Assembly (NCBI GenBank): GCA_964036045.1
Contig: OZ038379.1
Location: 19,654,001 to 19,718,000, forward strand
Reading direction: 5' to 3'
Length of the DNA: 64,000 bases
Source of the DNA: Eutreptiella sp. 'Long Island Sound 2002'
Taxonomy: Eukaryota > Protista > Euglenida
The translations under genes were made by a program, and so were the position numbers. Below are positions 12,701-25,100 of the stretch, piece after piece; positions within the stretch are counted from its first letter, which is position 1, and the number at the start of each line of letters is the position of its first letter. The notes below the pieces were generated by a model. That model did no database searches and was not told the DNA's origin. It saw only the letters and a program-made list of their open reading frames with translations.

Positions 12701-15700
12701 TCTTAGGACCGAGGGGTTCAGTGTCACAAAAAAATGCAACAAGAGGAGCGAATACTCATGTGGATCACAAAAAAACCTTCTTGCGCACTCCCAAATGTCA
12801 CCTACCACCTGTCAACAAAGCAGTGAATGTGCATGTCACCTGAAAGAAAAACGCGTATGAGTATGAGTGTCGCAAAAAATCGGGCCGCGCATGGACACTC
12901 TCAACGCAACTGGACAAGGCATACATCTCGTGCGATGGAATGCATACCATCAGCATGCCTTAACAAATATCGCAAGCACCCCTACATCCATCATGCAACA
13001 CCAAATCACATTGTTGTTTTGGAACAAACAATTTCAACTCCCCACTCATACATCTCACCATCAACCCCATCACATATATCCTACAGCTCCAATCTAATTT
13101 CCTGCTCCATAATTCCTCCCAGGTGCGTCTGTGCGCGCAAGTCCGCGAGCAAGGGCAGGCAAATCTGTACACCCCCTCCTATTCGGAATACTGTTTCAAG
13201 CCGTGGTTACCCGTTTACTGCCGTTCATTTGGATGGTGGATGCATTCGCAAATATGCCCATGAAGCTGACGGGCGTCCTCGTGTACAATGACGAGTGGCA
13301 GGCACCAACTCCTACGCCTCACTGTTTCAAAGATTAACCGTGGCACAAAAACTGAAAACTCACTACGCCATCCCAATACTTCATGATACACGTGGACACC
13401 CATTACATTGATGGTGGGAGGTTTTGATGCCTACTCTGCAAGTGCATATCCGTCCACGGCAGGAGGGGGGAAGGCCAGTGGACTGCTTCAGACGCCTCTT
13501 GGATCCCATAGAGACAGGAGCGGGGGCAGAGATAGAGGCCTCTTTGTCAACACAAGGGCCCAAGATTGGCGTAATTGTTCTGGTGCCTCGGGCCAATGGC
13601 AACACCAAAATGGTTGATCGCAAGTTCCCGCGAAAAACACAGTGAACTCACAAAGTGCTCAAGAGATCCCATCAAAACCATCACCGGAATGCACTGGACA
13701 AGAAAAGGTTCATGGTGCACAAAGTAAGCGTTTTTTCCGGTGTTAGGACGTGGGTGGAGCCACTCCTGTGAGTAGCAGCAGCTGCAAGCACGCGCAAGGT
13801 CAGAACTTGGCCTATGTAGTTTGGTTTCCGCCACATTTTCTTGGATGACACCTTGGCATATGAAGTTGAATCCCGCAAACAAGACTCGACCCTTGCGGGG
13901 GGGGGGGGGGTGAGTTCAAAAAATGCGTAAAATGCTTTCACAAGGGCCCCAAAGCGGGTTATTGCAAGACGACCTTATCCAAAAATGTTCAGCATCGAAT
14001 CGCGCCATGACTGGGACTTCTGGACTGAGACCCCACCTGGGGCCCGTCAAGTGCCTAAAGTGCGTGCCATTTGCACTGTGTGTGCAGTGTGCAGCGTACG
14101 CGAACAGTGCACAGTGCAATCTGCACAGTGCGGGGTGCAATGCGCAGACGGTGCAGTGTACACGGTGCCCAGCACGCATAGAGGCACGGAAGTACAGAGG
14201 CACACTGCGACGTGCACGGTGCGCAGACGGCATGTACATGCGTGGACAGTGTGCACGAGATTGGGTGGAGTAGGTGGTGTATAGTGTGCAGGGCGGTTTG
14301 CCTGCCCTGTTTCACGAGGCGCATGCGGTGGGGGCGTTGGCGGGCAGGCAGGGTTGGGGATGTGGGTGGGTGGGGGAGCATGCACGAGGTGCACGAAGGG
14401 GAGAGCACAGTAGGGGCACAAGGCGCGGGGCTGCGCACGAGGTGCACAGAGGTGAGGATTTCAGGCGTGCAAGGGGAGGAGGAAAAGGGCTGGGGGTGGC
14501 GCATGTGTAGAGTGTGGACGCTGTCTGCGTATCGTACGGGCTGTCCGCAGGTTGGAGACACGAAGAGACAATGTTCGGGAAAGGGGTCAAAGGCCTCTTA
14601 CTAAACCTGCCCTGTAACGCCTTTTGCAATCGCACGTAGGCATACCAAACTACAGTCTGTAGCCGCCCCTGCTCCAGTTTATGCGTCTGCTAATTGTGGC
14701 AGGTTGTTGGGGGTTTGACGCGGGCGGGGGGTAGCGCAGCGGGGGGACGGTTTGGTGCAGGGGCGGCGAGGGCGGGTTTGGCGCACGGCGGCTTGGGCGC
14801 AGGAGGCCCACAGTGGGACCTTGTTGTCCCGCCTCGTCGAATGAGGCGCACAACTCCAGCGAACCCTCGTGCAGAGAGCCCTCTCACACCAGCTCTGTCC
14901 CAACCCGGACTAGGACCAGGAACCATTTTCCGAGGGTTGCCTTTGGTGTGAACTCGCAACTTTTACGGGGAGGATCTTGTCATTCCGGTGCTGCATATGG
15001 CTGATGACAGCCAACGTCCCACGCCACGTGTGCCGTGTTGGCCTTGCCACTGCAGGGGGATTTGCAGTATGCCACGGAGCGTGCCCCTCGCCGCATCATG
15101 AGCGAGTATTATGAAGAATTCGCGACGCGGATGCTCGGCTCTTACCTACAGCACGCAAAAGTGGTGCGGCTGCAGGCCGGGAAAGCGGTGCATTCGATCG
15201 GGCAGGTACTATGGCTCTTGCCCCCCAAGTGAGCTCCTTATTTGTCCTTCCCAACTGCCACCTCCCGATGCTGCCCCCTGACTGTCTTCCATGTGCCCAC
15301 ACCCGTGTAGTTTCGGTTTCGGTTTTCACCAACAGTAAAACGGGAAAATTCCACCACAGAACCCTTTCTTCCGGCAGCTGGCTCCCCTCATCCCTTCTGG
15401 AAACCTCGGGGGTTCCACACTCCCCGTTTGGGGTCTCAACTCATTTTTATTGATTGACAAGTTTTATTTTGGGGGGGGGGGGGCGTCACAACATCCACAC
15501 TTGCTCTGGAGAACGACAAGGTTGTGTACAACCGGCAAAGAGGAGGATAAGAGCAGTCCCGATTTCAACTGAGCAACCAAACTAGTTAGTGTAGCACAAC
15601 TGCGTGCTGTGGCACTGTGTACAAAAACTCGGGCACTGCATCTTTTGGCAACAGGCCATGCTACTATGACTATGACTATGTGCACTGGGAGGGTGCACGT

Positions 15701-18700
15701 ATGACACCATCTCGGAGGGACACCAGAAGGAGGGACGTCATCGTTCGATGGGATCTGGAGAGTCGCGGACGATTGGAGAGGCTTGGGGAGGATCGGACCG
15801 GGTCCGTCAGGGTTGGCGCCCCGTTTGCGATCCTGGCTTTGGTCTCTCTCTCCAGGAGGGTCGCTGGGTGGTACACTGCATGGACCCTGACAGTGGGATC
15901 CCCGTCACGTACCAGGCCGCCTCTGTGATCTTGGCTGGCGGCATGTTCAGTCGTCCAAAGACCCTGGGCCTGCCCAAGGAACTGGACCTGCCCGTGGTGA
16001 CGCATCGGCAGCCCAAGTCCTGGGACCGCATGGGATCGGACCCCCCCACAGTCCTTGTGGTGGGGGCGGGCCTGTCGGCCAGCGACTGCATTGTGCAGGC
16101 GATGCACCATCGATGGAAGGTGCGTGCCCTGCGCGCTGGCTCCAGTGGTAGGGGGCTCCGCATGGGAGCCTTAACAACGGTACGATCAGGGTGAGGAGGG
16201 TGTTGTCTCGGCCCTTGATGGGGTCCGAATGTCGTTCATTGCACGCGTGCTCGTTGAGCAAGCCCTTCCCCAGCCCGCCGCTCGGCACCCAAAACGCACT
16301 CCTAAAGGGATCAGACCCCGTGACTCGGTGCTTTACCGGTCGTGGGCGTGTTTGCTGCGTTTGCATGGCAACTGCGAGCACTTATCTCGCTGCTGTTGCT
16401 TCAGGTGGTCCATGTGTTCCGAACCCCGGCGATGGACACCAACATCTGCAAGAAATTCGCCTCATACCACCCGATGTACGAGGAGTATTTCACGCTCTGT
16501 CAGCTGATGCGGGGGTATGCGAACGTACTCTTGGGCCCCGACCTTCCGACCTTCCGACATGTCCCTGACTGCCCAGCAGGCCGGTGTTTGAATGGGAGGG
16601 AGTCTGGTGTGGGGTCTCAAGACCGAGTAGAAAGCGGTTATTGTCCGTTGGAAAGCGGCTGATGGGGCAAATTCAGGCGATCACAGAACGGTGTCGGGGG
16701 CGGCTGCTTCTGCAGGGGCTTCAAGCGGGGGGAGAGGTGATCACTAGCCTTCTCCCATTGAAGCAAGGCCCTGCCCCTAATATGGCCAGCACCCCAAACA
16801 TGGCCCTCAATCCCAACATCCCCTTCACCCCACAACGCCGTGTCAATCCCCACGGTTAGCGGTCCACACAGCCACACGGTCATAGCTGTAAGCTTTGACC
16901 TGCTGAAAGTTCGGTCATTTGGCTGCCTGGGTACCACAGTGCTCGCCGAGAGCAGCCCTCGTCGGCCAAGGGTGCGTGGTAGCGTCATAGAACTGCAGGC
17001 TGATGTCATCCTGCCTCGTCGTGTTTACAGTGTTCTGATCGCCTCTTGCATGAGGTTAGCCACCACGCCGAGGGCCTCCTGGAGGGATGTGATGCCCACG
17101 GGGGTGGCAACAGGCACCCACGCAACCCACTTGGAGCTTTTGCCTGTTGTCTGGGGCCGGAGATGAGCAATTGCCTGAACCCTGACCACATGTCGTGAGG
17201 CGGTTGGCGGCACGCGTTTGGTGGGACGGGTGTTGAAGGGCGCAATCTGCAACTGCCAGACAGACCGTCCGAATGCGCCCAACCGTTTTCCCGACTCGGA
17301 GGGACCGCTTGTGCAATCAAAGCCTGAGCACCCCTGATATCCAGGAGCCCTTGGGGGGGGGGCAGTGGCGGCTGTCCTGGAGGGACTCTGTTGCTTTTGC
17401 CAGGGTCACAGGGACCTCGATCCCCCCATTGCACCGTAGGTGCACCTCCAATCCCATCGCAGGTGCACTTCTGACGGGATTGACCAAGCACAGGCCTGCC
17501 CAGGGTGGCTCCTCTGTGCTTCTGTGCTTGTTGCCCAGGCTGGAGCAAAGTGAAGCGTACAAGCGGTTTGCGGAATGCGAGCTGAAGGCAGTAGGAGAGG
17601 AAGGGCAGTGCACCATCGCCAGCGTGCGGACGTCCGCAAGCAGCACAGTGCAGGTGGACCGTGTGGCCATCCTGATCGGCAGTACGCCGGACCTGCAGTT
17701 CCTGGACCCGGAGCTGCAGGCCATTATTGGGGATGGGGTGCAGGCCATCGCGGATCCGATCAGGTGTGGTCATGCGGTGGGGAGGAGGCGGGGGGACGGG
17801 GGTGTTGTTGGACGCCCCCTGAGTGCCTCAAACACACGCCCTGCCTCTGAAAGGGCCATTGCTTTCGTGTGTAGCCCGCAGGACGCAGGTACGGGCAACT
17901 GCCACCGCGCTGTTCTCCGGCAGCGTGAGTCGCGGCGGCTTTGGTCGCAGCCCAATCCACCGTTTTGGTGCTCCAGGGCACACTGCAACCGACTGATCGA
18001 TGTGCTCTGAGTGGTGCACATCGACCACGTGATGTCACACTGTACGACGATGTGTGTGGGCAGCGGGGGGGGCTGGGGGGCATCTTGGTATGACAGGAGT
18101 TGTACGTCCATCACCACACAGCTTTTGCATTGGCTGCATGTAGTGGTCACGTGCGCGATGCAGCGCTTCGTGTGCGTTGCGCCACCTGTTTCAGAACCAG
18201 GTGCTTGTTCGCTGAGGGGCAGGCAAGAAGGAAGGGGGGGTGGGGGCACTTGGAATGACCACGAGCTGCCCTCGGTGTGACCTTTGGGAGGAGTGTTTCG
18301 CAACACTCTTCCGGGGCATGCGGCCTGGACTGCGCGCGGGCCAACGCTTTTGATTAGGGTCGACGATTTTCCCCCAACAGGAGCCTTGCAGACTGGGGAT
18401 GGCTCTGTTGGTCACGGGATGTGACTGCAGCGTTTGCTGTGACCACAGGGTGCGAGCGGAGGGTCCCGGGTTTACATCCGACCGGGCGCCCGAGGCGCAC
18501 AGGGCGGAAGGATCGTGGCTTTGGATCCCACTGTTGGTGTGCGACGTACAGTAGGTGATCATCGATTCGGGACTTTCCGTGGTTTGGACCGTTCCGCAGT
18601 TGAGAAGAGTTGTGTGGGGGTGCGGAGGGTTGTGCAGGGTTTTGCAGGGCTGACGAGTGGCGGCGTATGGGGCGCTGTTGTGCTGTGCTATTGGGGGTTG

Positions 18701-20222
18701 TGAGGGGTTGGACAAGGGTGGTTCTTTGAAGTTGCATTGCGCAGTGGAAACTTGTGGAGGGTTTGCCGGGGGGGGGGGATGGGGTTGTCGAAGGGTTTCG
18801 GAGGGTTATGTCGGGTTGTCAAGGGTTGTCGAGATTTTGTTTGGGGTTGTAGAGGTCGTGCGCGGTTGTGTATCAATGGAGGAATGCAGAAGAGTGTGTT
18901 AGGTTCTGCAGGAATCAAGAGAATTGCGCAGCCTGTGTGGGCTGTACAGGGTTGTTCAGCGTTGTGGAGGGTTGTGGAGGAATGTGGAGGGGCATGTCGG
19001 GTTGTCAAGGATTGTCGAGGTTCTGGAGAGTTGTGTGGGGTTGTGCCAGGTCGTGGAGGGATGTGGACGGTTGTGGGGCGTTTTGTTGTTTTGCGGTTAT
19101 GCAGGGCTGTGTGGTGCCACCGTGGTCACAGATCATGGATGGTTGCAGGGGCCGTGGAGGGTGGTGTAAGTTCTTAATGTGTAGCGTTGCGTGGGTTTGT
19201 CATGGTTTGTTTAGGGTTATCGAGGGCTTTGCCGGGCGGAAGGAGGTATCGGTGGGTTATGGGTATGGGGTGGGTGGATGAATGTGGAGGCGGTCCGTCG
19301 CATTTTCTCGGGACGTGCAGGAGGACGGATGTGGATCGGGGGCCCACCAGAGAGGCGGGTTGGACCACGTGCCAGCACCTCATTCAATTGTGATGCATTC
19401 GCGTGCGGCGTTCGGGCTGCATCGGACCCTGCTCTTTTGCCGCAGAGGTCCGCATCTCTGGTCATTTACTCGTGCTTGCCTCCGCCGCGGTGCTTGCAAT
19501 CTGCTTCCCACCGCAAGTTGGAGCGTGCACGTGGGGCTTGAGAACGTTATACGGCACCGGCCCGGAAGCCCCAGTTGGGCTGGGCAGCACTACGTGCCCC
19601 AGACGTGTGTGACATACGGACCGGCAATGTCTCAGTTCATTAGGACATGTGGCTGCACAGTTTGCAGTAATGCCAGGGTCCGATCCCCTGTGAATCCGCC
19701 CAAGTGCCCCAGGCGCACAGGGACAAGGCCTTGGATCTCAGCGTTGGAAGGCGTCGCAGCGGTTGTGACGCGGTGTAGGGCCGTGTATGTTGAGTATATG
19801 CGCAATGGAAGTTTGGTGGTTGGGTATTTGGGGTTCTTTGTGGGGTTTGTGAGGTTGTGTGCGGTTTCGTGGGGTCAAGTGGCGCAGTGGCGGTACGTGG
19901 GGCGTTCTGTCGGCCGGTAAAGGATCCGTGAAGTGCATTCCCTCAGTCCGCATCCGTTGCATCTGCGCTCCGACAGCCCCTCCCCCTCCCGCTTCGCAGG
20001 GCCACACCGAAGGAGTCCACACATCCGGTGCACGTCAATGTCGATCCCTGGACGATGTGCCTGCGACCCCGGGACAACGCCACGTGCCTGGCCCCCGACG
20101 GCCCGTCACTGCAGGGGCTGTACGCGGTGGGCCCGATGCGGGGCGACAACTTCGTCCGGTTCCTTGTGGGCGACGTCTGGGGTATTGTGTGGCACATGCG
20201 GGGGGCTGCCCCGGGGAAATGA
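9727..20222 (+). CDS. OSGIN: OSGIN1/2-like FAD-dependent pyridine nucleotide-disulfide oxidoreductase: join(9727..9790,10706..10945,12326..12537,15056..15205,15856..16119,16405..16514,17539..17763,20000..20222), about 495 aa
   Basis: Collinear motifs recalled from OSGIN proteins: VVVGNGPSG..LAGYWP, LEGRSNNPMALLADTLLHP, VPHVVVG..GGSW, VLVVGAGLSASD, LIGSTPDLQFL, VDPWT..GLYAVGPMRGDNFVRF. All 7 introns are GT-AG and phase-consistent; 1488 nt including TGA. Confidence 0.9.
10231..10302 (+). tRNA. trnP-AGG: tRNA-Pro(AGG), inside intron 1 of the OSGIN-like gene, with C33
   Basis: 72 nt. Acceptor stem GGCGGTT/AACCGCC, anticodon stem CCCGC/GCGGG, loop TCAGGGT, T-arm CCGGG-TTCAATT-CCCGG. A-box TGGTCTAGTGG and B-box GGTTCAATTCC present. 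Confidence 0.93.
10706..10945 (+). CDS. OSGIN: OSGIN-like exon 2
   Basis: CCTTTAG| acceptor. LATSAVLAGYWPFY..LEGRSNNP. Donor G|GTTGGA. Confidence 0.85.
11091..11740. repeat. Intronic repeat/MITE-like segment with GTGCAC/TGCA-rich core, ending at a poly-C run
   Basis: Cluster of tgcac/gtgca motifs at 11400-11650. Similar architecture at 13897-14520. Confidence 0.4.
12326..12537 (+). CDS. OSGIN: OSGIN-like exon 3
   Basis: TGCAG| acceptor. AVPHVVVGSGPAGGSWQDM..LSPGYWMELPG. Donor GAG|GTGAAG, with an alternative 6 nt downstream. Confidence 0.85.
13897..14520. repeat. Intronic repeat starting at a poly-G run, with GTGCAC/TGCA-rich low-complexity tract
   Basis: Dense gtgcac/tgtgca motifs at 14040-14460. 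Confidence 0.5.
15056..15205 (+). CDS. OSGIN: OSGIN-like exon 4
   Basis: ERAPRRIMSEYYEEFA resembles the RAT..DIAHYY segment. CTGCAG| acceptor (alternative at 15067), CAG|GTACTA donor. Confidence 0.75.
15856..16119 (+). CDS. OSGIN: OSGIN-like exon 5
   Basis: CTCTCTCCAG| acceptor. ASVILAGGMFSRP..VLVVGAGLSASDC (second dinucleotide-binding motif). AAG|GTGCGT donor. Confidence 0.88.
16405..16514 (+). CDS. OSGIN: OSGIN-like exon 6
   Basis: CTTCAG| acceptor. VVHVFR..MYEEYFTLCQLM. GG|GTATGC donor. Confidence 0.85.
17539..17763 (+). CDS. OSGIN: OSGIN-like exon 7
   Basis: CCCAG| acceptor in phase 2. EAYKRF..VAILIGSTPDLQFL. AG|GTGTGG donor. Confidence 0.85.
18590..19270. repeat. Degenerate GT-rich minisatellite (about GGGTTGTGGAG)n in OSGIN intron 7
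   Basis: Repeated gggttgtg/gttgtggagg/gttgtcaagg variants. Confidence 0.8.
20000..20222 (+). CDS. OSGIN: OSGIN-like exon 8 (terminal)
   Basis: Pyrimidine tract then CGCAG|. NVDPWT..GLYAVGPMRGDNFVRF. TGA at 20220-20222. Confidence 0.88.
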
Positions 20223-23200
20223 GCCAAGCAGAGGGCGGGCTCCCGCTGGAGGGCGGGGGCTTGTCAAGGGCCGTTGGAAGGCGGTCAGAGGAGAGGCCCT
20301 GCGCAGCTCCCGACTGCGAAGGGGCACTCCCGCGACTGTGGGAGCATCCGAACGGATTGGTACCCCCTGAAAGCGGTGGCCCAGACGGCAGCGACGATCC
20401 ACCGATTTGGTTGGGAGTTGGTGGCGGATGGAGCGTCAATTGGCGCGCGGCTCTGTCCGAAGGCATTCCACTATCAAGAGCAGGCACAATGATCGCCGTA
20501 AGCCGTCACCCGTTCCCCTCTGGACTCTGCCAGTCCACTCTCTCACGCTCACGGGGCACACTCCGGCATCGCACGGCCTCCGCTTCAGCCCCACCCGCTG
20601 GCGCCACCCAGGCCATGAAGCCTTACAATGGCAAACAAAAACGTGTTGTTGCGCCGAGGCTCGCCTCGCATGGAGCTACTGCAAACCTTCCGGAGACAAA
20701 CCCGGCGGAGGGGGAACCACTGGGACATTGGCGCCAGGATTGCCTGCCGACCCTGGCGACCGAGAGGGTCAGGTCCAGCATCATGCGGCATGTCCTTGTC
20801 CCCTTTGACCGCTGTGCTCCGCCATGCGCTGGCGACTGGCTCTTGCGCCCGTGATTTGCTCCGAGATGGACAAGTGTGGCCAACTGCCACTGGCACAGGG
20901 AGAGGCAGTCGGCGGGTACGACTATAATGCAGCGTATGCGGTGCTGGACGGGCCCTCGCGTGGTTCACCAGGGCTCTAAAGCGCCGACGCCCCCGTGGTG
21001 TCTCCCTTCTGGCCCAGTGCCCCCCACACTGCAAGCGTCCCCAGTGGTACGGCGGTCGGTCTGCTGGTCGTGTGTCCAGGAACCCACGGTTCGGTTCTCG
21101 GATACGGGGCACCGGTTGTACCATGTGGAGCCCGGGGCATACGCCTGGAAGTCCCGAGTGAGGACCCTGAGCAAGCGAGGAGAGGAAGCAAGTAAGTAAC
21201 TGTTAACCGGCACCTGTACACGGCCAGGGACACCATCCCCGGACGCCGCACACCCTGGCTGCATCTCGGTTGCGCTGCCAAGCGCACACATAGGGGCCCT
21301 CGTGTGGGTCACGTCGCACATCCAACCCCTCAACTGGGCTGTCCAGTGCATGGGCTGTGGGGCGTGCAGCTCATCTTCTTTCTTGCCTGCGATGACGGTG
21401 CCAGGTCACCGTGCATCACCGTGTGTCCCCCCTGTCTCCTTATGATCACCCTTTGGTGCCCGGCTCAGGCTTATAGCCCGGCACCGGGCCTCTGGGTGGT
21501 GCGTGTCCCGGATGTTGGTGGCGTGTCGTTGGGTCTTTCGTCTTCGTTCCTCAGCCTGCCCCACGACGGGGTGTTTTAGCCAGACCCCCATCCAAACGCG
21601 GATTGGGGCACGGCAGTTTTGTCGCCTCCACGGTGCATTCGCAAATTTTCGACCCCCCCCCCCCCGAGTCAGAATGCGTGGCAGTCATTGGGTACTTCAA
21701 AGCCGCCAAAACCAATTTGTTTTGACCCCCTCCCCCTCTGCCGGGGCAGTGCCGAAGCGGGGCAACACAGGGCTGGAGCCAGCCGCGCCCGGCGTCAACA
21801 AACACCAGAGAAAGAAGTCACTGCCGTCCTCTCAGACCACGAGAGGCACGCTGAACCGCCGAGCCAATTGGCAGTCGCAGCAGGGGCAGGCCAGGGAGGG
21901 GGCGGGGGTAAGTCCTGAACGCCAACGGCCCGCAAGTGCAAGTCGCTGATTTCTTTGAAGTTATCTGCTGCCGACAGCTGACGATTTCTGCTTGGCAGGA
22001 TTGTGGTCAACGGACCGCAGCTGGTAGCCAACCGATGGTATTTGATGGCCAACCGACGGTAACTGACAGCGGTTAGTTATCGGCCGGTGCTTTGCTGAGG
22101 TCCACGTGTACCAGAGTCCGACAGGTCGTTTCCCCTTTCAGCATGTTCATGCACACCTTATGCGCCGCAGCAGTTTCTGCACCACTAAAAGTGGGTCCCC
22201 TGGATGCAGTGTAAACCTTCCACCGATCTCCCCTGCTTCTCATCCCGCTCCCTGCTGTGAGGACTAAGGCTGAGAACAGGTCGTCCGGTAGGCCGCTGCA
22301 GAGGACAACCGGTGTCGTTCAAGCCGCATGCTAAGGACCGCCCGGGGGACTCAACAAGACCAGATGACGAGCGTCATGGCATAGGACTGGCAACTTGTGG
22401 ACAGGTGTTTGGGCGAGAGAAGCATCGGAGGCTCCACTGTCCAACTGGTCTTCGCCGACCATCTCCGACCCGGATCACCTTTTACTCCGGCGTCATGGCC
22501 CTAGACCACGGGGCATTTGGGGGGGTGCAGGACGGTGATACCCCGGCAGTGTCTGTCGGGTGTTGGAGGTAGGGTCCAAGCGGCAGCCCTGCCTGGCCGG
22601 CTCCGGTCCGCTGGATGCGGGACATGGCTCTGGGACATGGCTCTGGGTATAAACCAGTATCACGGGGAATTGGCAGCTGAGGGTGCCTCCGGAGAAGAAG
22701 AAGATGATGGTGACGTGTGTTTTGGTGCACTTTTTTGGCCTCTCGGGGGGTCACGGTTTTGATGGGTGGACAAAACGGATTCTGGCAACAAATGTAAATG
22801 TGTGCGCAGTGGGCACGCAGCCTACTTGTCCCCCTGCACTCCGGTTCAGACCTGGCCCTACCCAAGGGGCAGGTTCGGTGTCTGAATGGATACGAGCTCA
22901 GGGGCAGTCTGCTGATTCGTGCAAATCTACGCAGATGGCCGCAGTTCCCGGTCTTGCTCTCAAGACGGGTGCCGGGCGGGCGGTAAGTGCTCATGACCCA
23001 TGCTCATTCCACCGACAGGGCTGCTGGTGGTGGGCGCCCCAGGGCTCACCAGCGGCGCCTGCCGTCGTTGCATCGTCATCTTGGGTGCCGACCACAACCG
23101 CCAATTGGCTGCGGGCAGGAATCAGCCCCCCCCCCTCCCCCCGCTTCCCCGTCATCCCACCCCATGCGTCCCCGGGGGATCGGGGGGGGATTGGTGCCCC

Positions 23201-24615
23201 CTCCCTCACAAAGAAAACACTCAGGGCAGGTTCGATTTGTTGGTGTGGTATTGCTGTAGTTGTTGGCCGACCCCTCATTAACCCCCGCAATCGCGAAGCA
23301 AGGCCCTGTGCCCATCAACCCGCTACAGGGCCACTGCAGTTGGCCCTCTGTGTACTTTGCAGAGGGCTGATGCACACGGTGCCACGACGCCGCTGACAAG
23401 GGGGCCACTACCCCACAGCGCGCGACCCTCGGTGTCGAGGGCGCGGAGTTGCATCGCGGCGTGGGTCGTATCACAAAGGCAGGGTAACAAAAAAAAATGC
23501 CCACGCACACGCCGTGCAGCACTTCACTTGACCTTGGAGGTTGTGGCGGTCCAAGAGGGGCAAGGGTTGCATTCACAAGGGTGTATTGAAATCGGGCATC
23601 TAGTCAAGGGATGAAGCTCAGGAATCAGCAGGAATCGAACCCAGGTACAGTCGCAACGATGGTTGGAGGCTACCCCGAAAGCAGTCACAGGCGGTTGAAG
23701 AGGCAGTTGCAAGGTTGACAGGTTTGTCCAAAGCCGTCTAGGGGACCCTTTGTGGGGCCTCAGCACCTGTTCATCTCCCTATCCACCCCCTTCCCGCCTT
23801 GCGAGAACGACGCCCTTGTCAGAACAACAAGAGATGTTAGCTTTTGGAAACGTGGACTTTGTTGGTTCCATTTTCTGATCGTCCATCAAGCTGAAGTTTT
23901 TTTTTTCTGATTTGGGGATTTCTGATCTGATTTGCTATGGATGGTGTTTTGGGAACGCTGATTGCTGTCTTTCACTTGTCGCCCCTCCCCTGCAATCATC
24001 TTGCCCCATTCTGCCTTGCTTTACTGTTTGAGCGTGGTCAGCGCTGCTTGTATCACTGCGCTCAGGGTCCGCATAAACAACGCACATGCCAGAACAACAG
24101 GAGGTGTTGTTTACGTCATTTTCAGGGCTTTTAACGTTGTTTTTGCAGGGGGGGGGGGGGGGCTAAGCAAGGCTGTGGATGGGTAACACCGGGTGATCTG
24201 GAGCCTCCCGGTCGTGCGCCAGTTCAGTCCACTAGGATATGGGCCTGCTGGCGCCAGTCCAGGTGGATCCAATAGCGACTGCAAACTGTGGACTGTCGCA
24301 CCGCCATCCCACTCGTACCCACAAGCCTCCGTCTTTTGCGCCACCGGCACGCGCCCTGCGAAGTGGAAAGCCCAAGCCCTCTATGGCAAAGCAGAGGACT
24401 TCCTCCACGAAAAGGCAACACAAATGATCCAATGTCTGCGGTGGCAATTTTTCTTCACTTTCATGCACACCCCCTCTTGGTCTCAGGGCGGTTTCCTCAA
24501 CGAACACCCACGCACACGCATGGCAAGACGGTTACCGAGCTGGGTTTACCCTGTCGAGGTTTTACAACCCTACTTAGGGTCCAAGGATGAGCAACACATT
24601 TTAGCAGCAACAAGC

Positions 24616-24617
<2 letters not shown>

Positions 24618-24653
<36 letters not shown>
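24618..24653. repeat. (GCA)12 trinucleotide repeat
   Basis: Direct reading. Confidence 0.95.
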
Positions 24654-24654
<1 letters not shown>

Positions 24655-24689
24655 GCAGGCGACCTAAAAGTCCTTTTTGCCCACTCCAT

Positions 24690-25100
24690 GGCTCAAAACC
24701 GGGATGCAAGCAGCTCAAAACGACCGCAGAGCAAATGCGCATCTAGAGAAACAAGTTTTGTGCTATTTCAAGCCGTCTAGCCCGTTCTATGGCCGATTTA
24801 GTGGTCAACAATGGCCATTTTTCAGCCTGATTTCAGGCAGTTTTCAGGACGATCGTCCTGAAAGTTCAGGACGATCGTCACTATGACTCAAAGTTGACAT
24901 CCAAGTAGCTCAAAATGACCGGGGAGCAAATGCACATCACCACAAACAAGTTTTGTGCCATTTCGAGCCACCTAGCTCGTTTTGTGGCCGATTTAGTGTC
25001 CAAAAATGGCCGTTTTGAGCCTGTTTTAAGGCAGTTTTGAGGACGATTTTTCAGGACTTTCAGGACTTTCAGAACTTTCAGGATGATCGCCAGTGTCTCA
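24690..25100. repeat. Tandem duplication of a 195-bp unit containing a perfect 22-bp palindrome (24842-24863)
   Basis: agctcaaaa..gagcaaatgc..aaacaagttttgtgc..ggccgatttagtg..aatggcc occurs at 24712 and 24907. TTTCAGGACGATCGTCCTGAAA is self-complementary. Confidence 0.85.
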
